This document shows, piece after piece, positions 9,255 through 18,087 of a stretch of DNA of 64,000 bases. The notes beneath the pieces were generated by a model. That model made no database searches and was not told where the DNA came from. It saw only the letters and a program-made list of their open reading frames with translations. Numbering within the stretch: the stretch's first letter is position 1; every line of letters begins with the position of its first letter. This stretch comes from Bacteroidales bacterium (GTDB lineage: Bacteria; Bacteroidota; Bacteroidia; Bacteroidales; ML635J-15), in contig JAITXI010000077.1 in the NCBI GenBank assembly GCA_031284905.1, forward strand, positions 6,670 to 70,669. Direction: 5' to 3'. The position numbers and the translations under genes are program-made.

Positions 9255-12200
9255 TTAAAAAAATGCCCTCAGTTGCACATTCGCAATATGAACAATTTTT
9301 GAATCTTCCGATTTTCGTGCATTGTAGCCTAAATCTAAAACTAATCCGTTGACTAATTGTCGCTGAAAACTTATAGACCATGTAAAATTTTTTCCCACTT
9401 GTAAACCTTCCAGCATTTCATAACCAATTGAGCTGTTACTTTCTCCTGCAAATTTGTAATAAATATAATTGAAAGTAACATTTAAAGCTCCTTTTGTAAC
9501 AGAGCTTAATCTATATTCTGTTCCTATATCATGGCAATTTAATTTTTCTTCTCCAATTTTGTTGTTTTTGTTTTTATAGTTGTATTTTATTGATATTCTG
9601 TTACTTAAATTTGGTTGGTAATTTAATTGAAATTCATTTATTTTGTTGTCAAGTTTGTAATTTTTTCCTTGAAAAAATTCAGAAGAATAAGTTTTATTTC
9701 CGATGGTGAATTTTTCTTGAAGCCCAAATTTGAAATTAATATTATATCTAACTAATATTGTGTTAGATAAATTTGTATTTTCATCAATTCCTTGAAGTAA
9801 TAAAATCTTATTTTTATTCGACAAAAACACATAATCTATTCCAAATTTTGGGTCATTTCTTTTAAAAGCAAAACTGTTTCTTATTGAAGAATTAAGATTT
9901 ACTAACTTGCTTTCATTATTTTCAATATAGAACGGATTTGCATATTCCCAAATTTTATCGGAAGTATTTTTTTGAGAAACAGAAAAAACAAACTGGTCTG
10001 AAAACAAAGCTAAAATTTTCAAAATACCTTTTTTGTCTCTCCAAATTATTTGTGGATTTAGATTAAGCGTTTGATTTAATTGGTTTGAATAGGTTTTTAC
10101 AAATTCAGAAGAAGGTGAAATTACACGTATATAGGTAGCTTGGTCGTTATATTGTGCAATTTCAAATTCGTCAATTTCTTGAACACTATTGGAATTATAG
10201 TCAATCCAAGTATAAACTCCTTGTCCGGGAGCCACTTCAATATATGAAAATTCAACCTTTCTTTCTAAACCGGAACCAATTTGATAAAAAGTAGAAGAAG
10301 AGAACAGCCCTTTAAAAAGTTTAAAATAATATTCAATTTTTCCGACTAAATTATTTTCTGATTTTTCAGAATAAAGTGTTGTATCTTGAACGTTTAATTT
10401 TCTATAAGTTACAGTTGAACTTAATTTATGATTATTATTAGGATTAATTTCTGTAAAAAAAGAAAAATCGTGTGAATTTGTCGAATTTTTTAAAATATTT
10501 TCAAAAGGCAATTTGTCTTGTCGAAATTTATAATTTACAGAAAATTTATATTTTAAAGTATCATTTGTCGAAATATTAGCTTCGTATTGATTAAAAACAT
10601 AACTATTTACAGCAAGTGAATCATTTTTTAATAGTTTCCATTTGTTGTTTTCTCCAAATTCTTTTATCTGAAAAGAAAAATATTTAATATCTTTAGAAAT
10701 GCTGATATTGTGAATAAAAAAATTACTAGTATTTAATTCATCTTTACTGTTTAAAAAAATTCCATTTCCTGAAAATTTCCAATTTTTTGTTTCTCCTGTA
10801 AATTTTAAAGCATTTTGCAAACCGCGATATTCTTTGTTTCTATCTAAAAAATTGATAAAATAATTTGTATTAAAATATTTATTTGCATAAAAAACTTCTC
10901 CATTTATAATATGTTCATTGTTATTTTTTGAATAAATTGATTCCAAATTCCAATCTCGGTTAAATTCGGAAGACCGAAAATTTTCAATTTGTTCAAAATT
11001 CTTTGTCACTAATATATAATTTAGTTTTGAGCCAAAATGATTTTTTTCATTTTTAATAAAATCTTGTTCTATTCCCGATTTTATTGCAAATCCACTATCA
11101 TCGTTTGAATCTTCTTTGGAAAAAGTATTTAAGTCATTTCGCGACCATGCAAATTCAAAATTAACTTTTGTTTTTTCCGTGATTTCGGATTCGCCACCGA
11201 AAGTTAGCATTTGTTTTTTTTTCGGAGTAATAATTTTTTTATATGGAATATATTCTCCTTGATTTATTTCGCCTTGTGGTGCAACCCATTCAAAGACTTT
11301 TCCATTTGCCGTTGTTACAGATTTTTTGTAATCTCCCTTGTTTGCCCCAACAAAAGCAAATCCTACAGTATAAAACGCATTATCCGGATTCGTTGAATAC
11401 ACAAATATTGAATCGTAAACTATACCATTTACAACCGTGTCAATAATTTGATAACGAATCTGATTTTTTTCAAATTGTTCATTATAAGTATATGAAGGCG
11501 CTAATGCCATATCAATGTTATCTCCAATTTCTTTTAACATTTGTCGTTCGCTATCTTTCAAATCTTGTTCAAATGGCTGATTTTTATTGTCACTTTCATT
11601 GTAAAAATTAAACCAAACTTTCGATTTTTTGAAATTTAGCGTGTTTGAAGTTGTTACTAAATATCTTGTATAATTTTTGTCGGAATATTCAAATTCAATA
11701 ATTATTCTTTTATCCTTATTTATTGGTTTTGAAGCAGAAAACGAAACTTCGCCCAAATTATAATCAATAATATAATCGTTATCATAACCTCTTTTTTGCA
11801 AAATTCCGTCAATATAAACCCTTTCTGTTCCTGCAAGAACAATTATATATGTTTCATTATTTTCGCCAATTAATTTATAAGGACCTTGATTTCCTTCAAT
11901 CCCTTTAATTTCTTGACGTTTAAATTTTCCTTTTGCAATTGCACCACTTATCGAAGCTTGATAAGCAATTTCTTTATTTTTTTTATTGTCAAAACGGTCT
12001 TTTATTGAAAATTCTAATCCTTGCACTTTTTTATTATAATTTAAAAAATATCCTGTTGGTTTTTGAAGTTCAAAATCAGCGGCTGTAATTGAAATTTTGT
12101 CATTGTATAAACGAATAAACATTTTATCAAATTCTTGAAGTTGCTGACTGCTTCCATCGGGTTGAATTGGGATATTATTGTCGGTGATTGCTGCTGTTAC

Positions 12201-12713
12201 GTTTAAATTTGGAGCAATTTTCCCCTCTAATTGCAAATTCATTCCCGAATTAACGACTGCGTTTTGATTATTACCAAAATTTATTCCTCTAAAAATGCTT
12301 CCTTTACTTTCCAAATTGGAATTATACATGTTACTATTTGCACTACTATAATAATCTTGGTATCTTTTTGAAATTGCATCTCTATCAGAAATCAAAAAAT
12401 CTTCTTTTTTCATAAAACTTTTTGACTGAAAAAAATTTATAGGGAAAGTTTTATAACTTATAGTGATATTTTCTAAATTTGGTTTTTCCTTAAAAATTAT
12501 TGAAGATTTTTCAAAATCAATGTCGAAATCAATATTCAATGGATTTCCACTATTGTCAAAAAGTTTAACACTTTCGGTGAAAATACTTAAGGAATCAAGA
12601 AAAATTGTGTCGGAAGAAATTGTATAATTGTTTTTTTTTGTAGTAATCAAATTCTGTGAATAAGATAAGATACAAAAAAGTAGGAAAAATATAATGAAAC
12701 AAAATTTCTTCAA
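9255..12713 (-). CDS. Large outer-membrane beta-barrel protein of unknown function
   Basis: 1152 aa. N-terminal signal peptide. Alternating amphipathic beta-strand pattern throughout. Aromatic C-terminus (QLRAFF). I can name no catalytic motif. Confidence 0.7.
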   Translation of the reverse strand: MKKFCFIIFFLLFCILSYSQNLITTKKNNYTISSDTIFLDSLSIFTESVKLFDNSGNPLNIDFDIDFEKSSIIFKEKPNLENITISYKTFPINFFQSKSFMKKEDFLISDRDAISKRYQDYYSSANSNMYNSNLESKGSIFRGINFGNNQNAVVNSGMNLQLEGKIAPNLNVTAAITDNNIPIQPDGSSQQLQEFDKMFIRLYNDKISITAADFELQKPTGYFLNYNKKVQGLEFSIKDRFDNKKNKEIAYQASISGAIAKGKFKRQEIKGIEGNQGPYKLIGENNETYIIVLAGTERVYIDGILQKRGYDNDYIIDYNLGEVSFSASKPINKDKRIIIEFEYSDKNYTRYLVTTSNTLNFKKSKVWFNFYNESDNKNQPFEQDLKDSERQMLKEIGDNIDMALAPSYTYNEQFEKNQIRYQIIDTVVNGIVYDSIFVYSTNPDNAFYTVGFAFVGANKGDYKKSVTTANGKVFEWVAPQGEINQGEYIPYKKIITPKKKQMLTFGGESEITEKTKVNFEFAWSRNDLNTFSKEDSNDDSGFAIKSGIEQDFIKNEKNHFGSKLNYILVTKNFEQIENFRSSEFNRDWNLESIYSKNNNEHIINGEVFYANKYFNTNYFINFLDRNKEYRGLQNALKFTGETKNWKFSGNGIFLNSKDELNTSNFFIHNISISKDIKYFSFQIKEFGENNKWKLLKNDSLAVNSYVFNQYEANISTNDTLKYKFSVNYKFRQDKLPFENILKNSTNSHDFSFFTEINPNNNHKLSSTVTYRKLNVQDTTLYSEKSENNLVGKIEYYFKLFKGLFSSSTFYQIGSGLERKVEFSYIEVAPGQGVYTWIDYNSNSVQEIDEFEIAQYNDQATYIRVISPSSEFVKTYSNQLNQTLNLNPQIIWRDKKGILKILALFSDQFVFSVSQKNTSDKIWEYANPFYIENNESKLVNLNSSIRNSFAFKRNDPKFGIDYVFLSNKNKILLLQGIDENTNLSNTILVRYNINFKFGLQEKFTIGNKTYSSEFFQGKNYKLDNKINEFQLNYQPNLSNRISIKYNYKNKNNKIGEEKLNCHDIGTEYRLSSVTKGALNVTFNYIYYKFAGESNSSIGYEMLEGLQVGKNFTWSISFQRQLVNGLVLDLGYNARKSEDSKIVHIANVQLRAFF

Positions 12714-12795
12714 AATAAAAATTTAACAAAAATACTATAAATTCTGATATTAAGTTATTATAAAAATAACGAAAAAAGTTGTAAATAATTACAAA

Positions 12796-13557
12796 ATGTT
12801 GATAGATACTCATTGCCATTTATATTTAGACGAATTTAAAGTTGATTTTGAGAAAGTTTGTCAAGATGCGTTGGAAAATGGAATTGAAAAAATTGTTTTA
12901 CCTAATATAGATTCCGAATCAATTGAATCAATGTTTTTTGTTTTAAAACAAAAAACATCATTTTTATATCCAACATTGGGACTTCATCCAACTTCTGTAA
13001 ATGAAAATTATCAAGAAGAAATAAAAAAAATTTTTAATTATAATTTTGAGAATATAGTTGCAATTGGAGAAATCGGAATTGATTTATATTGGGATAAAAC
13101 CTTTTTAAAAGAACAAAAAATGGCTTTTGATTATCAAATAAATTTAGCTATTGAAAAAAATTTACCTGTTATAATTCACTCCAGAAATTCGATGAATGAA
13201 ATTTTTGACATCTTAAAAATATATAAAAATAAAAATCTAAAAGGAATATTTCATTGTTTCCCAGGTTCTTACGAACAAGCAAAATTGGTTGTAGATATGG
13301 GATTTTATTTGGGAATAGGAGGCGTTTTAACATTTAAAAATGCAAGCCTTGCAAAAGTTGTGGAAAAAATGCCATTAGAAAATTTGGTTTTAGAAACAGA
13401 TGCTCCTTATCTAACTCCTGTACCATTTAGAGGAAAAAGGAATGAACCTGCATATATAAAAATTATTGCAGAAAAAATAGCGGAAATAAAAAATATTAAT
13501 TTTTCTGAGGTTGAAGAGAAAACATCAGAAAACGCGAATGAAATTTTTAAATTGTGA
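12796..13557 (+). CDS. tatD: TatD family metal-dependent hydrolase
   Basis: N-terminal IDTHCHL motif. 253 aa. ETDAPYL near the C-terminus. Confidence 0.9.
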   Translation: MLIDTHCHLYLDEFKVDFEKVCQDALENGIEKIVLPNIDSESIESMFFVLKQKTSFLYPTLGLHPTSVNENYQEEIKKIFNYNFENIVAIGEIGIDLYWDKTFLKEQKMAFDYQINLAIEKNLPVIIHSRNSMNEIFDILKIYKNKNLKGIFHCFPGSYEQAKLVVDMGFYLGIGGVLTFKNASLAKVVEKMPLENLVLETDAPYLTPVPFRGKRNEPAYIKIIAEKIAEIKNINFSEVEEKTSENANEIFKL

Positions 13558-13690
13558 TAATTTTTTGAAAAACAGTGGATTATAAAATTATTTGTTTAAT
13601 AGCATAAAAAAAAATTTTTTTGATAGTGAAAAATGTTGTAACTTGCAGAGTTTTTTGAGAAGATGAAATCTTATAGAAAAATAATATTTT

Positions 13691-13780
13691 GGAGAGATGT
13701 CCGAGTGGTTGAAGGAGCACGCCTGGAAAGTGTGTATGCGGTGTTAAATTGCATCATGGGTTCGAATCCCATTTTCTCCG
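13691..13780 (+). tRNA. tRNA-Ser (anticodon GGA), class II long variable arm, no encoded CCA
   Basis: Acceptor GGAGAGA/TTTCTCC. T-arm ATGGG-TTCGAAT-CCCAT. Anticodon stem CACGC/GUGUG with loop CUGGAAA. Long extra arm GCGGTG...GCATCA. Confidence 0.95.
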
Positions 13781-13828
13781 CTAATTATAAAATAAAAATT
13801 AATATAAAATAAAAAAAGAAATTTAGTT

Positions 13829-14638
13829 ATGAAAAAATTAATTGCATTATTAGGATTAGCTTGTATGCTATCATTTTGCGTGTCATCTGTAGCTTTTGCT
13901 CAAGGTCAAAATCAAACTTCCGGAAAAGAACAAGTAGCTACGGAAAACGATGTTAATCAAATAGAAGAAACTCCGGCTGACGAAGCACCGGTAGAAGAAG
14001 AAGTAGGTTTGCATCAACAGTTGAAAATTAAATTTATTGAAGGTGGTCCTATGTGGATGGCTCCAATTTTAATTTGTTTTATTATTGGTCTTGCTGTAGC
14101 TTTTGAAAAAATTATTTATTTGAATTTAGCTTCAACAAACACAAAAAAATTATTAATAAAATTAGAAACTACTTTAAATGAAAGTGGAATTGAAGCAGCT
14201 AAAGAAGTTTGTCGTAAAACAAGAGGACCTGTTGCAAGTATCTTTTTTGAAGGTTTAGACCGTTATGATTCGGGTTTAGATATTGTAGAAAAATCTGTAG
14301 TATCTTATGGTAGTGTTCAAACCGGACTTTTGGAAAAAGGTTTATCTTGGATATCTTTATTTATCGCTATTGGTCCTATGTTAGGATTCTTGGGAACAGT
14401 TGTTGGTATGATTCAAGCATTTGATGCTATTCAAATAGCAGGAGATATTAACCCAACATTAGTTGCCGGTGGTATGAAAGTTGCTCTTATCACAACGGTA
14501 GGAGGTCTTATTGTTGCTTTGGTTCTTCAAGTTTTCTATAATTATATTCTAAGTAAGATTGACAGTATTGTTGGTGATATGGAAGATGCTTCTATTTCAT
14601 TAATTGATATGTTAATGGATTACAGTAACAAAAAATAA
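13829..14638 (+). CDS. exbB: MotA/TolQ/ExbB proton-channel family protein
   Basis: Signal peptide and acidic low-complexity N-terminal extension, followed by the conserved GPMLGFLGTVVGMIQAF channel motif. Confidence 0.9.
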   Translation: MKKLIALLGLACMLSFCVSSVAFAQGQNQTSGKEQVATENDVNQIEETPADEAPVEEEVGLHQQLKIKFIEGGPMWMAPILICFIIGLAVAFEKIIYLNLASTNTKKLLIKLETTLNESGIEAAKEVCRKTRGPVASIFFEGLDRYDSGLDIVEKSVVSYGSVQTGLLEKGLSWISLFIAIGPMLGFLGTVVGMIQAFDAIQIAGDINPTLVAGGMKVALITTVGGLIVALVLQVFYNYILSKIDSIVGDMEDASISLIDMLMDYSNKK

Positions 14639-14664
14639 ATGTTCAACATTAAAATTAAAATAAT

Positions 14665-15168
14665 ATGGCATCGAAAATATTAAAAATAGGATATTATTCC
14701 CTAATGGGAATAATAGTTCTCCTAATTATCCAATTTTTTGCGATGGATTTAGGAAAACTAGATAGCCAAATGGCAGCAATATCTGATTTGGCGTCTGACG
14801 CACAAGTATATGCAACAAGTGAAATAGCTACTAATTGGACAGCAATAATAATGACTTTTACTGAAGTATTATTCATTATTACCACTATTGTAACTATTGT
14901 TTGGGCAATTTTTCAAATAGTTGTAAATGCTTTTTCTGATAAGAAACGAGTAAAAACATTATTAATTACCTTTGCCATAGCAGCAGTTGTTGTTGTTGCT
15001 GCTTATTTTGGCGCAAGTGCAACTGTTCCACACGTGTTGGGATTAGATGAATTACCAACTCCGGCGACATGCAAATTGATTGAAGCCGGTTTATTTATTA
15101 CTTATGTTGTGGGGTTGTTCACAATAGTGACATTAGTTTATGGTGAGATTTCAAAAATTTGGAAATAA
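14665..15168 (+). CDS. Four-TM membrane protein of unknown function inside the exbB-exbD cluster
   Basis: 167 aa with four hydrophobic segments. Sits between exbB and exbD. Confidence 0.6.
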   Translation: MASKILKIGYYSLMGIIVLLIIQFFAMDLGKLDSQMAAISDLASDAQVYATSEIATNWTAIIMTFTEVLFIITTIVTIVWAIFQIVVNAFSDKKRVKTLLITFAIAAVVVVAAYFGASATVPHVLGLDELPTPATCKLIEAGLFITYVVGLFTIVTLVYGEISKIWK

Positions 15169-15183
15169 TAAAAATTAAAAATC

Positions 15184-15768
15184 ATGGGAAAACATAAAAC
15201 CCCGGAAATAAATTCAGGTTCAATGGCAGATATTGCTTTTCTACTTTTGATTTTTTTCTTGGTTACTACAACAATGGACACTGATACCGGTATTGCCCGC
15301 CAATTACCACCTATCGCTGAAAATAATAAAGTTAAAACTGAAGTTGAAATCAAAGAGAGAAATCTTTTACCTATTAAAGTAAATCAATATGATAAACTTT
15401 TAGTGGGAGGAAAACCAACTTTGGTTAATAATCTAAAAGAAAAAGCAAAAGAATTTATTAAAAGCAATCCGACCAAAAACGAGCTTCCTGAAATGGAAGA
15501 AAAAAGTATTAAAGGTATAAATAGTCCTGTTTTGGTTTCTAAAGGTATAATTTCTTTACAAAATGATAGAGGTACAACTTATAGTCGTTATATAGAAATT
15601 CAAGATATCCTTGTATCAGCATATAATGAATTAAGAAACGAAGCCGCTTTACAATATTTTGGAAAAACTACATTTGACGAATTAAGTGAAGTACAACAAG
15701 ATGCTATTAAAGAAATTTATCCGCAAAGAATATCAGAAGCAGAACCAAAAAATATAGGAGGAAAATAA
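15184..15768 (+). CDS. exbD: ExbD/TolR biopolymer transport protein
   Basis: N-terminal MADIAFLLLIFFLVTTT anchor motif typical of ExbD. Confidence 0.85.
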   Translation: MGKHKTPEINSGSMADIAFLLLIFFLVTTTMDTDTGIARQLPPIAENNKVKTEVEIKERNLLPIKVNQYDKLLVGGKPTLVNNLKEKAKEFIKSNPTKNELPEMEEKSIKGINSPVLVSKGIISLQNDRGTTYSRYIEIQDILVSAYNELRNEAALQYFGKTTFDELSEVQQDAIKEIYPQRISEAEPKNIGGK

Positions 15769-15769
15769 T

Positions 15770-16243
15770 ATGTCAAAATTTGGAAATAATGATAAAAAAG
15801 AAGTTCCGGCTGTTTCTACGGCATCGTTACCCGACGTTGTTTTTATGATTCTTTTTTTCTTTATGGTTACTACTTCAATGAAAGAAGTAGAATTAAAAGT
15901 TGAAGTTGCTTCGCAATCATTGCCACAAGCAACTGAAATAAAAAAATTAGAAAAAAAATCTTTGGTAAGTTATATATACGTTGGAAAACCTAGAGCTGCT
16001 TTTCAAAAAACTTTAGGAACAGAACCTCGTATCCAATTAAATGATTCTTTCGCAGGTTTAGATGACATAAAAGACTATATTATTGCCGAACGCGAAAAAC
16101 GCGACGAAGCAGAAGTACCTTTTATGACTACTTCCTTAAAAGTTCATAAGGATACAAAAATGGGTATCGTTACCGATATAAAACAAGAACTTAGAAAAGC
16201 AAGTGCTTTAAAAATTAACTATTCATCACGAAAAAAAGTATAA
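15770..16243 (+). CDS. exbD: ExbD/TolR biopolymer transport protein (second copy)
   Basis: LPDVVFMILFFFMVTTS anchor motif. 157 aa. Confidence 0.85.
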   Translation: MSKFGNNDKKEVPAVSTASLPDVVFMILFFFMVTTSMKEVELKVEVASQSLPQATEIKKLEKKSLVSYIYVGKPRAAFQKTLGTEPRIQLNDSFAGLDDIKDYIIAEREKRDEAEVPFMTTSLKVHKDTKMGIVTDIKQELRKASALKINYSSRKKV

Positions 16244-16267
16244 TTTTTTAACAAATTAAAATAAAAG

Positions 16268-16295
16268 AACTCTGAAATCTTTTCGGAGTTTTTTT
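16268..16295. terminator. Bidirectional intrinsic terminator between convergent genes
   Basis: Stem AACTCTG/CGGAGTT (one G-U pair) with a 9-nt loop. It is followed by TTTTT on the + strand and by a U-rich tract on the - strand. Confidence 0.6.
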
Positions 16296-16896
16296 ATTTT
16301 ATCGTTTTTATCAACTCTTTTATTGAAAGATATGATAAAGACATGTAATCATTTAATAATTCTTTATTTATCCACTCCAATTTAGTTATATCTTCTTCAA
16401 TTTGTGGCTTTAATTGGTAATAACCGTTGAAAAACATTTTATACCAATTTGTTTCTTTTAAAATATAGTAATCTTTAAGAAAATATATATGATATGAAAT
16501 ATTTAATTTTTCTATTATTTCCAAATCACTTTCCAAGATTCCACATTCTTCTGAAACTTCTCTTATAGCTGTCTGCTCAATATTTTCACCATATTCTTGT
16601 TTACCTTTCGGAAAATCCCAGACGTTAAATCTATTTATAATTAGTATTTTGTTGTGGTTGTTTAATACAATTCCGCCTGCTGCTTTTATGATTTTAAAAT
16701 AACTTGAAAACATTTTAAAAACTTTTTCTTCTAAGCATCCATAAATATTTATTGTTATTTTTTCTTCTTGAAAAAGAATTTCTTTTAAAAATAGTTCAAA
16801 TTTTTTGTCGAAAATGTTAATTTTTTTATCCAAATTTTCATTTAAAATATTTTCAGATAAAAGAAAAATTGTATCTTTGTAAAAAATTTTAATCAT
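16294..16896 (-). CDS. NUDIX hydrolase with N-terminal extension
   Basis: Nudix box GKQEYGENIEQTAIREVSEECGI. 200 aa. Confidence 0.8.
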   Translation of the reverse strand: MIKIFYKDTIFLLSENILNENLDKKINIFDKKFELFLKEILFQEEKITINIYGCLEEKVFKMFSSYFKIIKAAGGIVLNNHNKILIINRFNVWDFPKGKQEYGENIEQTAIREVSEECGILESDLEIIEKLNISYHIYFLKDYYILKETNWYKMFFNGYYQLKPQIEEDITKLEWINKELLNDYMSLSYLSIKELIKTIK

Positions 16897-16906
16897 ATTA
16901 ATAATT

Positions 16907-17539
16907 ATGAATGTAACATCAAAAATAATCTCTGAAAAATTATTACAAATTAAAGCAATAAAATTGGAACCTGCAAATTTTTTTACATGGGCATCAGGTT
17001 GGCATTCTCCAATTTATTGTGATAATCGTAAAACATTATCTTTTCCGGAAATTCGTACATTTATAAAAGATTCTTTCGTGTCATTAATTCAAGAGAAATT
17101 TTCAAATTACGATATCATTGCAGGAGTTGCTACTGGAGCAATTGCGCAAGGTGCATTAGTTGCCGACAAATTATCGAAACCTTTTGTGTATGTTCGTTCA
17201 AGTTCAAAAGACCACGGTTTGGGAAATCAAATTGAAGGGAGTATTTGTATTGGACAAAAAGTCGTAATAGTGGAAGATTTAATTTCAACCGGAGGAAGTA
17301 GTTTAAATGCAGTAAAAGCTCTCCGAGAGGCAGGTTGTGAAATTGTTGGAATGGTTGCAATCTTTTCTTATCAATTTCAAAAGAGCCAAGATGCTTTTGA
17401 AGTTGAAAAAATCCCATTATATACATTATCTAATTATAATGATTTGATTGATACGGCTTTAAATTTGAATTATATTTCAGAAAAAGAAGTTGATTTGTTA
17501 AAAGAATGGAGATTAGACCCCGAAAATTGGAAAAAATAA
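16907..17539 (+). CDS. pyrE: Orotate phosphoribosyltransferase
   Basis: PRPP-binding motif VVIVEDLISTGGSS. 210 aa. Confidence 0.93.
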   Translation: MNVTSKIISEKLLQIKAIKLEPANFFTWASGWHSPIYCDNRKTLSFPEIRTFIKDSFVSLIQEKFSNYDIIAGVATGAIAQGALVADKLSKPFVYVRSSSKDHGLGNQIEGSICIGQKVVIVEDLISTGGSSLNAVKALREAGCEIVGMVAIFSYQFQKSQDAFEVEKIPLYTLSNYNDLIDTALNLNYISEKEVDLLKEWRLDPENWKK

Positions 17540-17545
17540 TTGTCA

Positions 17546-17944
17546 ATGAAAGATTTAGAAGTTATTAGTAAAACCGTCAAAATAAATAATTCTGATGAAA
17601 TTATTTTTTCCAAAATTTCCGATATGAGAAATATGTCAAAATTTATTCCCCCTGAATTAGAAAATTGGACAGCTACCGAAGATGATTGTTTTTTTTCTGT
17701 TAAAGGCAAATATATTAAATTACAAATCGTTGAAAAACAGCCATTTAAAGTTGTAAAAATTTCTACTGTAGATAGTGGTTCTGAAAATTTTACTGTTTGG
17801 ATACAATTAAAATCACTTACAACTTATGAAACAGCAGCCAGAATTGTTGTGCATTTGCAAGCGAATATGATAGTTAGAAATATGATAAAAGGAAAATTAC
17901 AAGATGGAGTGAATCAGATAGTGGAATTTTTGAAATATTTGTAA
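17546..17944 (+). CDS. Small conserved hypothetical protein (possibly SRPBCC-like)
   Basis: ORF immediately after pyrE. ATG at 17546 is preferred over TTG at 17540. No diagnostic motif seen. Confidence 0.45.
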   Translation: MKDLEVISKTVKINNSDEIIFSKISDMRNMSKFIPPELENWTATEDDCFFSVKGKYIKLQIVEKQPFKVVKISTVDSGSENFTVWIQLKSLTTYETAARIVVHLQANMIVRNMIKGKLQDGVNQIVEFLKYL

Positions 17945-18087
17945 CAAAAAATTTTTGTTACGTATTTTTTAGTCTCATCGAAAAGTTTTTTTTGTTTTTT
18001 TAAGAATTTTTTTTGTTTCGACCGGATTAGATTTAAAAAAAAATTAGTATTTTTTGAAAATAAGTGTTAATTTTGAAAAATTTTTTT

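Noticed and set aside
13641-13648. TAACTTGC upstream of tRNA-Ser as a -7 promoter box
   Set aside because: It deviates from TAnnTTTG in the conserved TTTG part. It is plausible as a weak promoter but is not supported well enough to list.
13829-16243. MotA/ExbB-like plus ExbD-like genes as a possible Zorya-type or other MotAB-derived defence system
   Set aside because: Protein sizes and motifs are those of ordinary ExbB/ExbD. There is no long ZorA-like tail and no nuclease or helicase partner, and the context is housekeeping.
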